From the NCBI GenBank assembly GCA_038325875.1, contig JBBQJL010000002.1, forward strand, positions 64,003-128,002: 64,000 bases of DNA, written 5' to 3'. This stretch comes from Candidatus Limnocylindrales bacterium (lineage in GTDB: Bacteria; Chloroflexota; Limnocylindria; Limnocylindrales; CSP1-4). The translations under genes were made by a program, and so were the position numbers. Within the stretch, counting starts at the first letter, position 1, and each line of letters begins with the position of its first letter. This document shows positions 35,679 through 44,414 of the stretch, piece by piece. The notes under the pieces were generated by a model. The model was not told where the DNA came from. It worked only from the letters and a program-made list of their open reading frames with translations, and searched no databases.

Positions 35679-36985
35679 GCGAGCCGCACCGGACGAGCCC
35701 GGGGCTGCTCAAGAACGGCCGGCTGATCGCCCGCCGCGAGTACCTCGACCGGGTCCGGACGCGGACATTCCTGGCTGCCACGCTGGTGCTCGTGGCCGTC
35801 GCCGTCGGACTCGCCCTGGCGCCGATCGCGGTCCGCTACATCGAACGCGGGACGGTCGTCCGGATCGGGATCCTGACCTCCGAGCCGGACCTTCGGACCA
35901 AGTCGATCGCCGTCCTCGATGGGATCCTCAACAAGGTCCCCGATGGGGTCGACCCCGCGATATGGCAGAAGCCCTATCGGTTCGAGGCAGTGGTCGATGC
36001 GACGACCGCCATCCGCGACGTGGACCAGGGCCAGCTGCGCGGCGTCCTGAGCGTCGTCCGAGGCCCGGATCGTGGCCTCGACTTCACCTTCCGGACGTCC
36101 GGCGGGGCGAACACCACGACGAGCCAGGTGATGCAGTTCGCCGCGTTCGGCGTCGGTGTCCTCGACGCGGGGGCCCAGTTCCGGCCGCCGAACTTCGTGG
36201 TCGATTCGACCACGGGCGCCAGCGACGGCGGACGGCCGATCGGGCCGCAGGCCGTCGCCAGTCGGGCGGTCCTGGCCACCATCCTGATCATCCTCATCTT
36301 CATCACCCTGACCATCTACGGGATGTGGGTGGCGACCAGCGTCGCCGCCGAGAAGAGCAGCCGGGTGATGGAGCTGCTGATCAGCGCGGCGACACCGCGC
36401 GAGCTGCTGGTCGGCAAGGTGGTCGGCGTCGGCGGCGCCGGGCTGACCCAGTACATCGCGATCCTGATCCCGGCTTCGGTCGTGATCCTGCTCCAGGATC
36501 CGCTGTCCTCGCTCCTGCTCGGTCCCGGCCCGGCCGGCGAGGCGCCGCTCCAGGGCCTGACCCTGCCGATCCTCGGCGCGTTCGTGATGTTCTTCGTGCT
36601 GGGCTTCCTCCTGTATGCGCTGCTCTACGCGGCGGCGGGCTCGCTGGTCAGCCGCCAGGAGGACGTCCAGCAGCTGGCGTTGCCGTTGAGCCTCATCTCG
36701 ATGGCCAGCTACATCATCGCGGTGTCCGGGATCGCGTCGATCGGATCGACCTTCATGGTGGTCATGTCGTTCGTACCGTTCTCGAGCCCATTCGTGATGC
36801 TCGCCCGGATCCTGGTCGGCCGGGTCGAACCGTGGGAGATCGCGCTGTCGGCCGGGATCCTGGCGGCATCGAGCGCCCTCGTCCTGGTGCTGGCCTCGCG
36901 GATCTACGCGACAGGCGTGCTGCTGTACGGCCAGCGGCCGGGGTTGCGCGCCTTCCTCCGGGCGGCACGGACGGCCATCGGCTGA
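35675..36985 (+). CDS. ABC-2 family transporter permease (NatB-like)
   Basis: One N-terminal TM helix and a large extracytoplasmic loop are followed by 5 C-terminal TM helices. The start overlaps the ATPase stop by 4 nt. Confidence 0.75.
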   Translation: MSEPHRTSPGLLKNGRLIARREYLDRVRTRTFLAATLVLVAVAVGLALAPIAVRYIERGTVVRIGILTSEPDLRTKSIAVLDGILNKVPDGVDPAIWQKPYRFEAVVDATTAIRDVDQGQLRGVLSVVRGPDRGLDFTFRTSGGANTTTSQVMQFAAFGVGVLDAGAQFRPPNFVVDSTTGASDGGRPIGPQAVASRAVLATILIILIFITLTIYGMWVATSVAAEKSSRVMELLISAATPRELLVGKVVGVGGAGLTQYIAILIPASVVILLQDPLSSLLLGPGPAGEAPLQGLTLPILGAFVMFFVLGFLLYALLYAAAGSLVSRQEDVQQLALPLSLISMASYIIAVSGIASIGSTFMVVMSFVPFSSPFVMLARILVGRVEPWEIALSAGILAASSALVLVLASRIYATGVLLYGQRPGLRAFLRAARTAIG

Positions 36986-37038
36986 GGACGGCCAGGGCGT
37001 CGCACGCCGCCTGGGCCGAACCGGGCGCCCGGCGCTGG

Positions 37039-37800
37039 TCAGTCGCCGAGGTCGAGAGGGAGGCGCTGGATGAGCGCGAGGATCGGCGTCGTCGCAGCTC
37101 CCGCGTCCTCGATCATGCCGGGCGTCTCGATCGCGCCGGCTGCCGCCGGGTCGGCCGGGACCAGTCGCCACAGTCGGCTGCGGACGCCCGACAGGTATGG
37201 GCTCCGCCGGTGGCGTCCGATGACCGCCGCGATGCCCTGCGCGCTGGCCGCCGCGTGGAGAGCCCGACCCTCGCCGCGGATGGCCGGGACCACCAGCAGC
37301 GAGCTGCCCGCCTCGACCGTCCGCTCGAGGTGCTCCCGGCGTCGCTCGAGCGGTTCGGCCAGGAGCGGGACGCCGTCGAGGGCGACCAGGTCGAAGGCCA
37401 GGTAGACGACCGTCCCACCCGGGCGACCGGCCAGACGGTCGGCGAGCCCGGCCGGGTCGGTCCGGCCAGCCGGGTCGACCACCACGAGTGAGCCGTCGAG
37501 CACGGCGGCGTGTCCGCCGAGTCGGCCGATGAGCCCGCCGGTCCCAGTCAGTTCGGGCAGGCTGGCTGCCCGGTCGCGGCCGCGCCGGTCCATGATCCGC
37601 ACGGTGCCGGCGCCGCTCGACGGGTCGACGTCCACGTAGGCGAAGGCTCGCTCGCCGCCCCACCACGGCTCGAACAGGTGGTCCGCGTCGTCGAACGGCA
37701 GCTCGACCGTGCGCGGCAGCATCGCCCGCAGGGCGGCCGGGGGACCGGGCCGATCCGGGTCCATCCGGAAGCTGAGCTGGTCGTTGTCGGACGCCGTCAT
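37039..37800 (-). CDS. ATP-dependent DNA ligase (LigD/LigC adenylation-domain)-like protein with substituted catalytic motifs
   Basis: Ligase-type motifs can be aligned by eye but are substituted. FEPWWGGERAF replaces FE(P/G)KWDGxR. VLDGSLVV replaces VLDGE. YLAFDLVALDG is conserved. GIAAVIGRHRRSPY replaces EG(V/I)(V/I)AK. LWRLVP replaces W(L/V)K(I/V/D)K. Confidence 0.7.
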   Translation of the reverse strand: MTASDNDQLSFRMDPDRPGPPAALRAMLPRTVELPFDDADHLFEPWWGGERAFAYVDVDPSSGAGTVRIMDRRGRDRAASLPELTGTGGLIGRLGGHAAVLDGSLVVVDPAGRTDPAGLADRLAGRPGGTVVYLAFDLVALDGVPLLAEPLERRREHLERTVEAGSSLLVVPAIRGEGRALHAAASAQGIAAVIGRHRRSPYLSGVRSRLWRLVPADPAAAGAIETPGMIEDAGAATTPILALIQRLPLDLGD

Positions 37801-37809
37801 CGCCCGGCG

Positions 37810-37826
37810 ATGGTACCGGCTAGACT
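37810..37826. promoter_or_regulatory. back-to-back -10 hexamers in a 33-bp divergent intergenic region
   Basis: TAGACT (37821-37826, plus strand) lies 7 nt before ATG 37834. TACCAT (37815-37810, minus strand) lies 9 nt before ATG 37800. Neither gene has an SD sequence. Confidence 0.35.
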
Positions 37827-37833
37827 CGCCGCC

Positions 37834-40008
37834 ATGGCCAGCAGGACGACCCTCCGCGCTCCACGTCCCGACGACATATATGCGTTCCGGGTCGCCACCG
37901 GTCCACGCCTGTCGCCCGATGGCAGCCGCGCCGTGTTCTGCGTGCAGACCGTGGCGCCCGCCAAGGACGGCTATCGGCAGGCGCTGTGGACGGTCCCGAC
38001 CGACGGATCGGAGCCGGCCCGGCAGCTGACCATCGGCGCCAAGCACGATGGGCACCCTCGCTTCTCGCCGGACGGTCGCCGCCTCGCCTTCCTGTCCGAT
38101 CGTCGGCTGGCGGTCGAAGAGCTCCCCGGGGCGCTGGACGATCGTGAGGATGGAGCCCAGGTCCACCTGCTCCCACTCGACGGTCCGGGCGAAGCCGTCC
38201 GCCTGACGGACCTCCCGCGCGGGGTCACGGGTTTCGACTGGTCGCCGGATGGGCGCTACCTGGCCGTCCTCAGCTCGTCGCACGGGGCAACCCGCGAAGA
38301 GGACGGACACCGGCGCGGGATGGCAGCGGCGAAGCCGAAGCCCGGCGATCCACCGCCGGCGGACTTCCACTACATCGATCGCCTCAGGGTGATGCTGAAC
38401 GGTGCCGGGTTCACCTACGCGAACACGCCGCAGCTGTGGATCGTCGAGGTCGCAACGGGAGCGGCGCGACGGCTGACCGATGTGAACGGCGGCGTCGAGC
38501 AGCCCGCTTGGTCGCCCGACGGCACCCGGATCGCGTTCGCCGCGGATCCGGCCCCCGATCGCGATGTCCGCTGGCGCAGTCACGTGCAGGTGGTCGACGT
38601 CGCGACCGGAGCTCGGACCCGGGTGACCGCCGGCGTCGGCTACTTCGGGTCCCCGGCGTGGCTGCCCGACGGCCGGACCATCGCCCTTCTCGGTCATCGG
38701 TTCCCGGCGGCTGCCGGAAGTCGAGCCGACATCTGGCTGTTCGCGGCCGACGGCTCGGACCGTGGGGTCAGAGGCGGACGGAACCTGTCCGATCGGCACG
38801 ACCTGATGCCCGGCTCGGGCATGAACAGCGACATCTCAGTGGGGGAGGAGGGCCACCTGGCCGTCAGCGCCGACGGCGGCTCGATCCTGTTCAGCGCCCC
38901 CATCGAAGGCGCCTACGAGCTGTGGCGTCTCGCCGTCGCGGATGGCGCGCTCGAGCGCCTGACCGAGGGGCGCCATTACCTGTCGGGGTGGGACGCCGTG
39001 CCCGGGCGGACCGCCGGTGCGAGCCGGGTGGCGGTCATCCGGTCCGCCCCGACCGCTCTGCCCGACGTGCATCTTCTCGATGTCCCGGCCCGAAGGGTGG
39101 CCAGGCCGCTCGAGCTCCGTGGCCTGACGGATCTCAACAGGCCGGCGCTCGACGGGATCGCCCTGGCCGAACCGGTGACCCGCTGGTCCACGGTCGACGG
39201 CCGCCGGGTCCAGGGCTGGTTCGTCCCTCCGGCGGACCGGACGCGGGCCGGGGTGGCCGCCCCGAGCCCCGCCCCGCTCGTGCTCGAGATCCACGGTGGT
39301 CCGCATACGCTCTACGGCTGGTCCCCGTCCTGGGAGTTCCAGTGCCTGGCGGGCGCCGGGGTCGGCGTGTGGTATGCCAACCCGCGTGGATCCGAGGGCT
39401 ACGGTCAGGACTTCAACGCCGCCAACTACCGCGACTGGGGCCACGGGCCGACCCACGACGTCGTGTCCGGTGTGGAGGCGCTCGTGGCCGACGGCCTCGC
39501 CGACGGGGAGCGGCTGGGCGTGACCGGCGGCTCGTACGGCGGCTACCTGACCAGTTGGATCGTTGGCCACGACCGGCGCTTCAAGGCCGCCATCACCTGT
39601 CGCTCGGTCAACGACCTCGTCAGCCAGATGACGACTGGAGACATCGCCGGCCCCGAGTTCGGCCGGATGGAGCTCGGGGCGGCCCCCTGGGAGGATCCGG
39701 CGCTCTATCGTGAGCTGTCGCCGCTGACCTACGCCGAGGACATCCACACGCCGTTGTTGATCCAGCACTCGGAGAAGGACCTGCGCACGCCGATCGGCCA
39801 GGGCGAGGAGCTGTTCACCGTTCTCCGCTCGCTCGGTCGGCCGGTCCGGATGATGCGCGTCCCAGAGGAGACCCACGAGCTGACCCGATCCGGGACGCCG
39901 TTCCGGCGGGTCGAGAACCTGGTCCAGATCGGGGCCTGGTTCCGCCACTACCTGGTCGACGGCAAAAGCGGCCTGCCACCGCTGCCGAACGTCCGCGCCG
40001 GGCGGTAG
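37834..40008 (+). CDS. S9 family serine peptidase (beta-propeller plus alpha/beta-hydrolase; acylaminoacyl/prolyl oligopeptidase-like)
   Basis: The N-terminal propeller repeats include P.FSPDGRRLAF and WSPDG. The catalytic Ser motif is GVTGGSYGGYL, and the Asp/His region is present (HSEKDLRTP...PEETHEL). Confidence 0.9.
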   Translation: MASRTTLRAPRPDDIYAFRVATGPRLSPDGSRAVFCVQTVAPAKDGYRQALWTVPTDGSEPARQLTIGAKHDGHPRFSPDGRRLAFLSDRRLAVEELPGALDDREDGAQVHLLPLDGPGEAVRLTDLPRGVTGFDWSPDGRYLAVLSSSHGATREEDGHRRGMAAAKPKPGDPPPADFHYIDRLRVMLNGAGFTYANTPQLWIVEVATGAARRLTDVNGGVEQPAWSPDGTRIAFAADPAPDRDVRWRSHVQVVDVATGARTRVTAGVGYFGSPAWLPDGRTIALLGHRFPAAAGSRADIWLFAADGSDRGVRGGRNLSDRHDLMPGSGMNSDISVGEEGHLAVSADGGSILFSAPIEGAYELWRLAVADGALERLTEGRHYLSGWDAVPGRTAGASRVAVIRSAPTALPDVHLLDVPARRVARPLELRGLTDLNRPALDGIALAEPVTRWSTVDGRRVQGWFVPPADRTRAGVAAPSPAPLVLEIHGGPHTLYGWSPSWEFQCLAGAGVGVWYANPRGSEGYGQDFNAANYRDWGHGPTHDVVSGVEALVADGLADGERLGVTGGSYGGYLTSWIVGHDRRFKAAITCRSVNDLVSQMTTGDIAGPEFGRMELGAAPWEDPALYRELSPLTYAEDIHTPLLIQHSEKDLRTPIGQGEELFTVLRSLGRPVRMMRVPEETHELTRSGTPFRRVENLVQIGAWFRHYLVDGKSGLPPLPNVRAGR

Positions 40009-40030
40009 GCGCGCGCTGCGGCGCGCCGTT
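40008..40030 (+). terminator. GC-rich hairpin overlapping the peptidase stop codon
   Basis: GGCGCGC (40008-40014) pairs with GCGCGCC (40021-40027) across a 6-nt loop. Only a weak GTT tail follows. Confidence 0.3.
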
Positions 40031-40085
40031 CCTGGTCGCGACTCGGCTCGGCACGGCTCCGGTCACGGTCGCTAGGATTCGGGGC

Positions 40086-41243
40086 GTGACCCTCCCCGTG
40101 TTCCAGCGCCGTCGCACCGTGGCCGTCCTGGGCGGTGCCGCCTTCATGCTCATCGGCTGGACAGGGCTGCTCGTCCCGTCGCTCATCCGCTCCGTCGAGG
40201 CTCAGTTCGGCCAGACCGACGCCGCGCTCGGGCTGTTCTACCTGCTGGACGCCCTCGCCTACGTCACGGGTTCGCTCGCCGGCGGGTTCGCGACCGAGCG
40301 CCTCGGCCGGAGGTGGGTCCTGCCGGTCGCGCTGGCGATCATCGGCGCGGGGCTCGTGGCGATGGGGGCCGTGCCGTCGTGGCCGCTCTTCCTGCTCGCG
40401 GCAATCCCGCTCGGTCTCGGTTCGGGAGCCATCGACGGCGGGATCAACGGACTGTTCCTCGATCTCTACCCGACCTCACGCGGCCAGGCCCTCAACCGGG
40501 TCCACCTGTTCTTCAGCCTTGGCGCGCTCGCCGCGCCGCTCGTCGTCGGCCGGCTGGTCGACGCCGGGGTGCCGTGGCAGGCGGTCATCCTCGGCACGAC
40601 CCTGGTCGTCTTCCCGCTGGCCGCGCTGCTCGCCCTTGCGGCGCTGCCGTCGGGTCGCCACGTCCGCGATGCCGAAGGTCGGGCGGCGCCGATCGCCTAT
40701 GCCCTCCCGCTGCTCCTGCTGGCCGTCGCCATCGCCTGCTACGTGGGCTCGGAGATCGGGGTGTCGAGCTGGCTGGTGCGCTACCTGGACGCGGCTCCGT
40801 TGAGCACCGCGACGCTGGCCCTGTCGTTGTTCTGGGCAGGCAACCTGCTGGGGCGGCTGGTGTCGGCCCGATACGCGGACCGGTTCGACCACCTCCGCCT
40901 GGCGATCGCATCGAGCCTTGCCTCGGGGGCGGCGATCGTCCTGGCGGTCGTCGCCCCGTCCCTGGCGCTGACGATCGCGCTGTTCGCCCTCGTCGGGTTC
41001 GCCTCAGGCCCCATCTATCCGCTGATCATGGCCATCGCCGGCGATCGGTTCCCGGACCGGTCAGCGGCGGTCAGCGGGTTCCTGTCGGGCACGGCCGTCA
41101 TCGGCTCGATCGTCTACCCGCCGGTCATGGGCTTCATGTCGGTCACGATCGGACTGACTGCCGCGATGCTCGGATCGGCCGTGCTCGCGGTCGCCGGCGC
41201 GGGTGCCCTGCTGTTCAGCGGGCGTGCCGCCGCTCGCGCCTGA
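40086..41243 (+). CDS. MFS transporter
   Basis: It has about 12 TM helices and an MFS motif-A-like loop GGFATERLGRRWV. GTG start. Confidence 0.8.
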   Translation: MTLPVFQRRRTVAVLGGAAFMLIGWTGLLVPSLIRSVEAQFGQTDAALGLFYLLDALAYVTGSLAGGFATERLGRRWVLPVALAIIGAGLVAMGAVPSWPLFLLAAIPLGLGSGAIDGGINGLFLDLYPTSRGQALNRVHLFFSLGALAAPLVVGRLVDAGVPWQAVILGTTLVVFPLAALLALAALPSGRHVRDAEGRAAPIAYALPLLLLAVAIACYVGSEIGVSSWLVRYLDAAPLSTATLALSLFWAGNLLGRLVSARYADRFDHLRLAIASSLASGAAIVLAVVAPSLALTIALFALVGFASGPIYPLIMAIAGDRFPDRSAAVSGFLSGTAVIGSIVYPPVMGFMSVTIGLTAAMLGSAVLAVAGAGALLFSGRAAARA

Positions 41244-41307
41244 CGGCGAAGCAGGGCTCGGACCCGCGCCCAGCCGAGCCGGGAGCCAGGTGTATCCTGA
41301 CCGCCCG

Positions 41308-42288
41308 ATGACGACGATCCAGCATCCCGACAGCCTGACCCGCGAGCGCGCCCACGAGCTGATCAAGGCGTTCGACGGCGGCGCAGGCTCGCTCGGTGGG
41401 CTGCTCGGGAGGGTCAGCCCGGTCGACCAGGTCGGCGTCGACGAGCGGGTCGAGGCGCTCAAGAAGCGCTCGATCAAGAAGGCGTCGAAGGTATGGGCGC
41501 TGGACTTGGCCATCCGGATGATCGACCTGACCACGCTCGAGGGGAAGGACACGCCGGGCAAGGTCCGGGCCCTGTGCGTCAAGGCGATGCATCCTCAGCC
41601 GGGCGACCCGACGATCCCCCACGTTGCGGCGATCTGCGTCTACCCGGCGATGGTCGCCGACGCCCGCGAGGCGCTGGGCTCGTCCGGCGTTCGGGTCGCC
41701 AGCGTGGCGACCGGCTTCCCGAGCGGCCAGACGTTCCTGGACGTCAAGCTGGCCGAGACGCGCCAGGCGATCGAGGCAGGGGCCGACGAGGTCGACATGG
41801 TCATCGATCGCGGTGCGTTCCTGGCCGGCGACTACCTGACGGTGTTCGAGGAGATCGTCGCGATCAGGGACGCCTGCGGCGAGACGCACCTCAAGGTCAT
41901 CCTCGAGACGGGTGAGCTCGAGACGTACGACAACGTCCGCCGGGCATCGATCCTGGCGATGGCCGCCGGTGCCGATTTCATCAAGACCTCAACCGGCAAG
42001 GTCAGCCCGGCGGCGACCCTGCCGGTCAGCCTGGTCATGCTCGAGGCGATCCGCGACTTCGAGCGCGGGACCGGGCGCGCCGTCGGGATGAAGCCGGCCG
42101 GCGGTATCCGGACGGCCAAGGAGGCCATCCAGTACCTGGTCGTGCTCTACGAGACCCTCGGTCCGCGCTGGATGACGCCCGAGCGGTTCCGATTCGGGGC
42201 ATCGTCGCTGCTCAACGACATCCTGATGCAGATCGAGAAAGAGCGGACCGGCCGCTACCAGGGCCCGGACCACTTCACGATCGATTGA
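41308..42288 (+). CDS. deoC: deoxyribose-phosphate aldolase (long actinobacterial type)
   Basis: It has IDLTTLEG, ICVYP, VATGFPSG and the Schiff-base lysine block FIKTSTGK. I chose the internal ATG at 41308. Confidence 0.9.
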   Translation: MTTIQHPDSLTRERAHELIKAFDGGAGSLGGLLGRVSPVDQVGVDERVEALKKRSIKKASKVWALDLAIRMIDLTTLEGKDTPGKVRALCVKAMHPQPGDPTIPHVAAICVYPAMVADAREALGSSGVRVASVATGFPSGQTFLDVKLAETRQAIEAGADEVDMVIDRGAFLAGDYLTVFEEIVAIRDACGETHLKVILETGELETYDNVRRASILAMAAGADFIKTSTGKVSPAATLPVSLVMLEAIRDFERGTGRAVGMKPAGGIRTAKEAIQYLVVLYETLGPRWMTPERFRFGASSLLNDILMQIEKERTGRYQGPDHFTID

Positions 42289-42294
42289 TCCGCG

Positions 42295-43122
42295 TCAGCG
42301 GCCGGCGAGGCGGGCCTCGCGGTACCACGGGATGACGAGACGCTCGGCCAGTCCGACGAGGAGCCACAGGCCGATGGTCAGGACCGCCGTCACCAGGATC
42401 GCGCCGAAGACCAGGTCGGTCCGGAACAGGTTCTTCGACAGGACGATCCAGATCCCGAGCCCGTCGACCGCCCCGACCGCCTCACCGAAGATGGCCGCCA
42501 CGACCGCATAGGTCACGGCGATCCGGAGGCCGGTGAAGAGGGACGGCAGGGCGCCCGGCCAGCGCAGCTTCAGGAGCTGCTGCGACCGGCTCGCGCCCAT
42601 CGAGCGGAGCAAGTCGGTCGCGTCGCGGCTGGCCATCGCCAGGCCGTCGAGCAGGGCCACCGTGATCGGGAAGAAGGTCACGACCACGACCACGATGGCC
42701 TTGGGCAGCAGCCCGATCCCGAACCACAGGACGAACAGTGGCGCCACAGCCACGATCGGGATGGTCTGCGACGCGATGAGGATCGGATAGAGCGCTCGGC
42801 GGACCCAGCCGGACTGGTCCATCGCCAGGGCAGCCGCGATCGCGAACACGACCGATACGCCAAAGCCGATGACGGTCTCGCCCAGGGTCGTCAGGGCATG
42901 GCCTGCCGCGACCTCGCGAGCATCCCACAGCGACCGGAGGATCCGCGACGGCGTCGGGAGGGTCAGTGGGTCGACCGCCAGGAGCCGGCAGGCAACCTCC
43001 CAGATCACGAGGAGGACCGCCACCAGGCCGAGCGCTGGACCGATCCGCGCGAGCAGGCCGCTCGACCCGTCTCCGGCACCGCCCGAACGACCGATCGACC
43101 CGGCGCGATCGTCGGCCGTCAT
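42295..43122 (-). CDS. ABC transporter permease, NitT/TauT-type (ThiX-like by context)
   Basis: It is a BPD_transp_1 permease (MGASRSQQLLKLRWPGALPSLFTGLRIAVTYAVV). ATG 43122 abuts the SBP stop (43119-43121). Confidence 0.8.
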   Translation of the reverse strand: MTADDRAGSIGRSGGAGDGSSGLLARIGPALGLVAVLLVIWEVACRLLAVDPLTLPTPSRILRSLWDAREVAAGHALTTLGETVIGFGVSVVFAIAAALAMDQSGWVRRALYPILIASQTIPIVAVAPLFVLWFGIGLLPKAIVVVVVTFFPITVALLDGLAMASRDATDLLRSMGASRSQQLLKLRWPGALPSLFTGLRIAVTYAVVAAIFGEAVGAVDGLGIWIVLSKNLFRTDLVFGAILVTAVLTIGLWLLVGLAERLVIPWYREARLAGR

Positions 43123-44234
43123 GGCAGGTAGTCGTCGCTGAAGTAGGTGCTGAAGTCGGGCCGCTGCGGGATCGGCTGCCCATCGGCGCCCGCCAGCAGG
43201 CCGGTGTCGAACAGGAAGCCCGAGAAGCTCGCCCACTGCTCGCCCGTCTGGCGACCGATGGCGCCCGGCGTCCCGTACAGCCCGTGTTCGGCCAGGAAGC
43301 GCGCGGAGTCGAGCGGCAAGGCCGGGTTCGCATCGAACACGCCGGGATTGGCCGCGATGAGCTTGGCCGCAGCGCCGTCGGGGTCGGTCGCCGCCTGCTC
43401 GAAGCCGCCCGCCGTCGCCCCCAGGAAGCGCCGGGCGACATCGCCGTTGGCGGCCAGCCAGTCGTCGTTGCAGACGAGCACGACGGCGTACGAATCAGGG
43501 ACCCCGTAGTCGGTGAAGGCGAACGTCTTGAGCTTGATCCCGCGCTCTCGAGCCTCGAGGGCCTCCCAGGCGCTGTAGGTGATCGTGAAATCGGCCTTGC
43601 CCGCATAGAGCGCCTCGTAGGCAGCGGTATCGAGGGTCGCCACCTTGAACTTGCCGGTGCCACCGTCGTGCTTGATCACCGCCTGGAGCTCGGGTACCTC
43701 CTGGGGCAGGCCGAAGCCGGCGTAGAGCTTCCCGTCGAGATCCCTCGGGCGGGTGACGGACCCGTCGTCGCGGGTCGCGATCTCGGTCGCCGTGTGGGCC
43801 AGGATGGCCATCACGGAGCGTTCCCTGGCACCAGCGGCGATCGCGAAGGTAGCGCCCTCCTGGGTGCTGATCCCGCAGTCGGCCGCGCCCGACGACACGA
43901 GGATCTCGGGGCTGGTGCTGGCGTACGGGATGAACGTCAGGTCGATCGCCTGGTCGGCGTAGGCGCCGTCGGCCTGGGCAACGTAGAAGCCGGTGTGGTT
44001 CGTGTTCGGCGTCCAGTCGAGCGCGAGGCGGACAGTGGCCGTCGCCGGTCTCGGCGTGGCGGGCGTGATCGTTGCCGTCGGCGATCCGGAGGCCCCGGCG
44101 GAGGCGGCCGCCGAGCTCGCGGTCGTGCCCGGCGTCGCGGCCGGGGGCGGGACGGTGCCCGACCCGGCACTCGAGCAGGCGCCCACGACGACCGCGCCGA
44201 GCACGATCGCCATGATCAGTTTCTGGGACTTCAC
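43119..44234 (-). CDS. NMT1/THI5-like substrate-binding lipoprotein (ThiY-like pyrimidine-precursor binding protein by context)
   Basis: It has the lipobox VVGAC and the NMT1/THI5 block RLALDWTPNTNHTGFYVA. It lies directly downstream of a TPP riboswitch. GTG start with GGAGG 10 nt upstream. Confidence 0.8.
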   Translation of the reverse strand: MKSQKLIMAIVLGAVVVGACSSAGSGTVPPPAATPGTTASSAAASAGASGSPTATITPATPRPATATVRLALDWTPNTNHTGFYVAQADGAYADQAIDLTFIPYASTSPEILVSSGAADCGISTQEGATFAIAAGARERSVMAILAHTATEIATRDDGSVTRPRDLDGKLYAGFGLPQEVPELQAVIKHDGGTGKFKVATLDTAAYEALYAGKADFTITYSAWEALEARERGIKLKTFAFTDYGVPDSYAVVLVCNDDWLAANGDVARRFLGATAGGFEQAATDPDGAAAKLIAANPGVFDANPALPLDSARFLAEHGLYGTPGAIGRQTGEQWASFSGFLFDTGLLAGADGQPIPQRPDFSTYFSDDYLP

Positions 44235-44254
44235 GGTGGCCCGGACCTCCGACT

Positions 44255-44295
44255 CGGAACGAAGAACGCCGCCCCCTCGGTCGGGGAACGGCGTC
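44255..44295 (-). terminator. riboswitch expression-platform hairpin (attenuator) with U-rich tail
   Basis: On the minus strand, GACGCCGUUCCCC-gaccga-GGGGGCGGCGUUC forms about 12 bp with one bulge, followed by UUCUUCGUU. A flanking GACUCG/CGAGUC helix abuts the GGAGG SD. Confidence 0.55.
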
Positions 44296-44308
44296 GAGTC
44301 GACGGATG

Positions 44309-44398
44309 GCCTGCTTCCTACACCGGTACGAGCCGGATCAGGTTCGGCGGGTCTGTGGCCTCAGCCACACTCTCAGCGCGGTCGCGCTCCCCGGAGGC
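44309..44398 (-). ncRNA. TPP (THI-box) riboswitch aptamer
   Basis: The minus strand reads GGGGAGCGCGACCGCGCUGAGAGUGUGGCUGAGGCCACAGACCCGCCGAACCUGAUCCGGCUCGUACCGGUGUAGGAAG. This contains the conserved CUGAGA, ACCC, GAACCUGAUCCGG and ACCGG.GUAGGAA elements of the THI element. Confidence 0.85.
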
Positions 44399-44414
44399 GT
44401 ATTCAGTTGTGCGT

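Noticed and set aside
35474-37666. A 730-aa minus-strand ORF opposite the ABC-2 permease and running through the ligase-like gene region in another frame.
   Set aside because: It has no motifs and an extreme Arg/Pro/Gly/Asp content. The opposite-strand genes have Walker motifs or a TM pattern.
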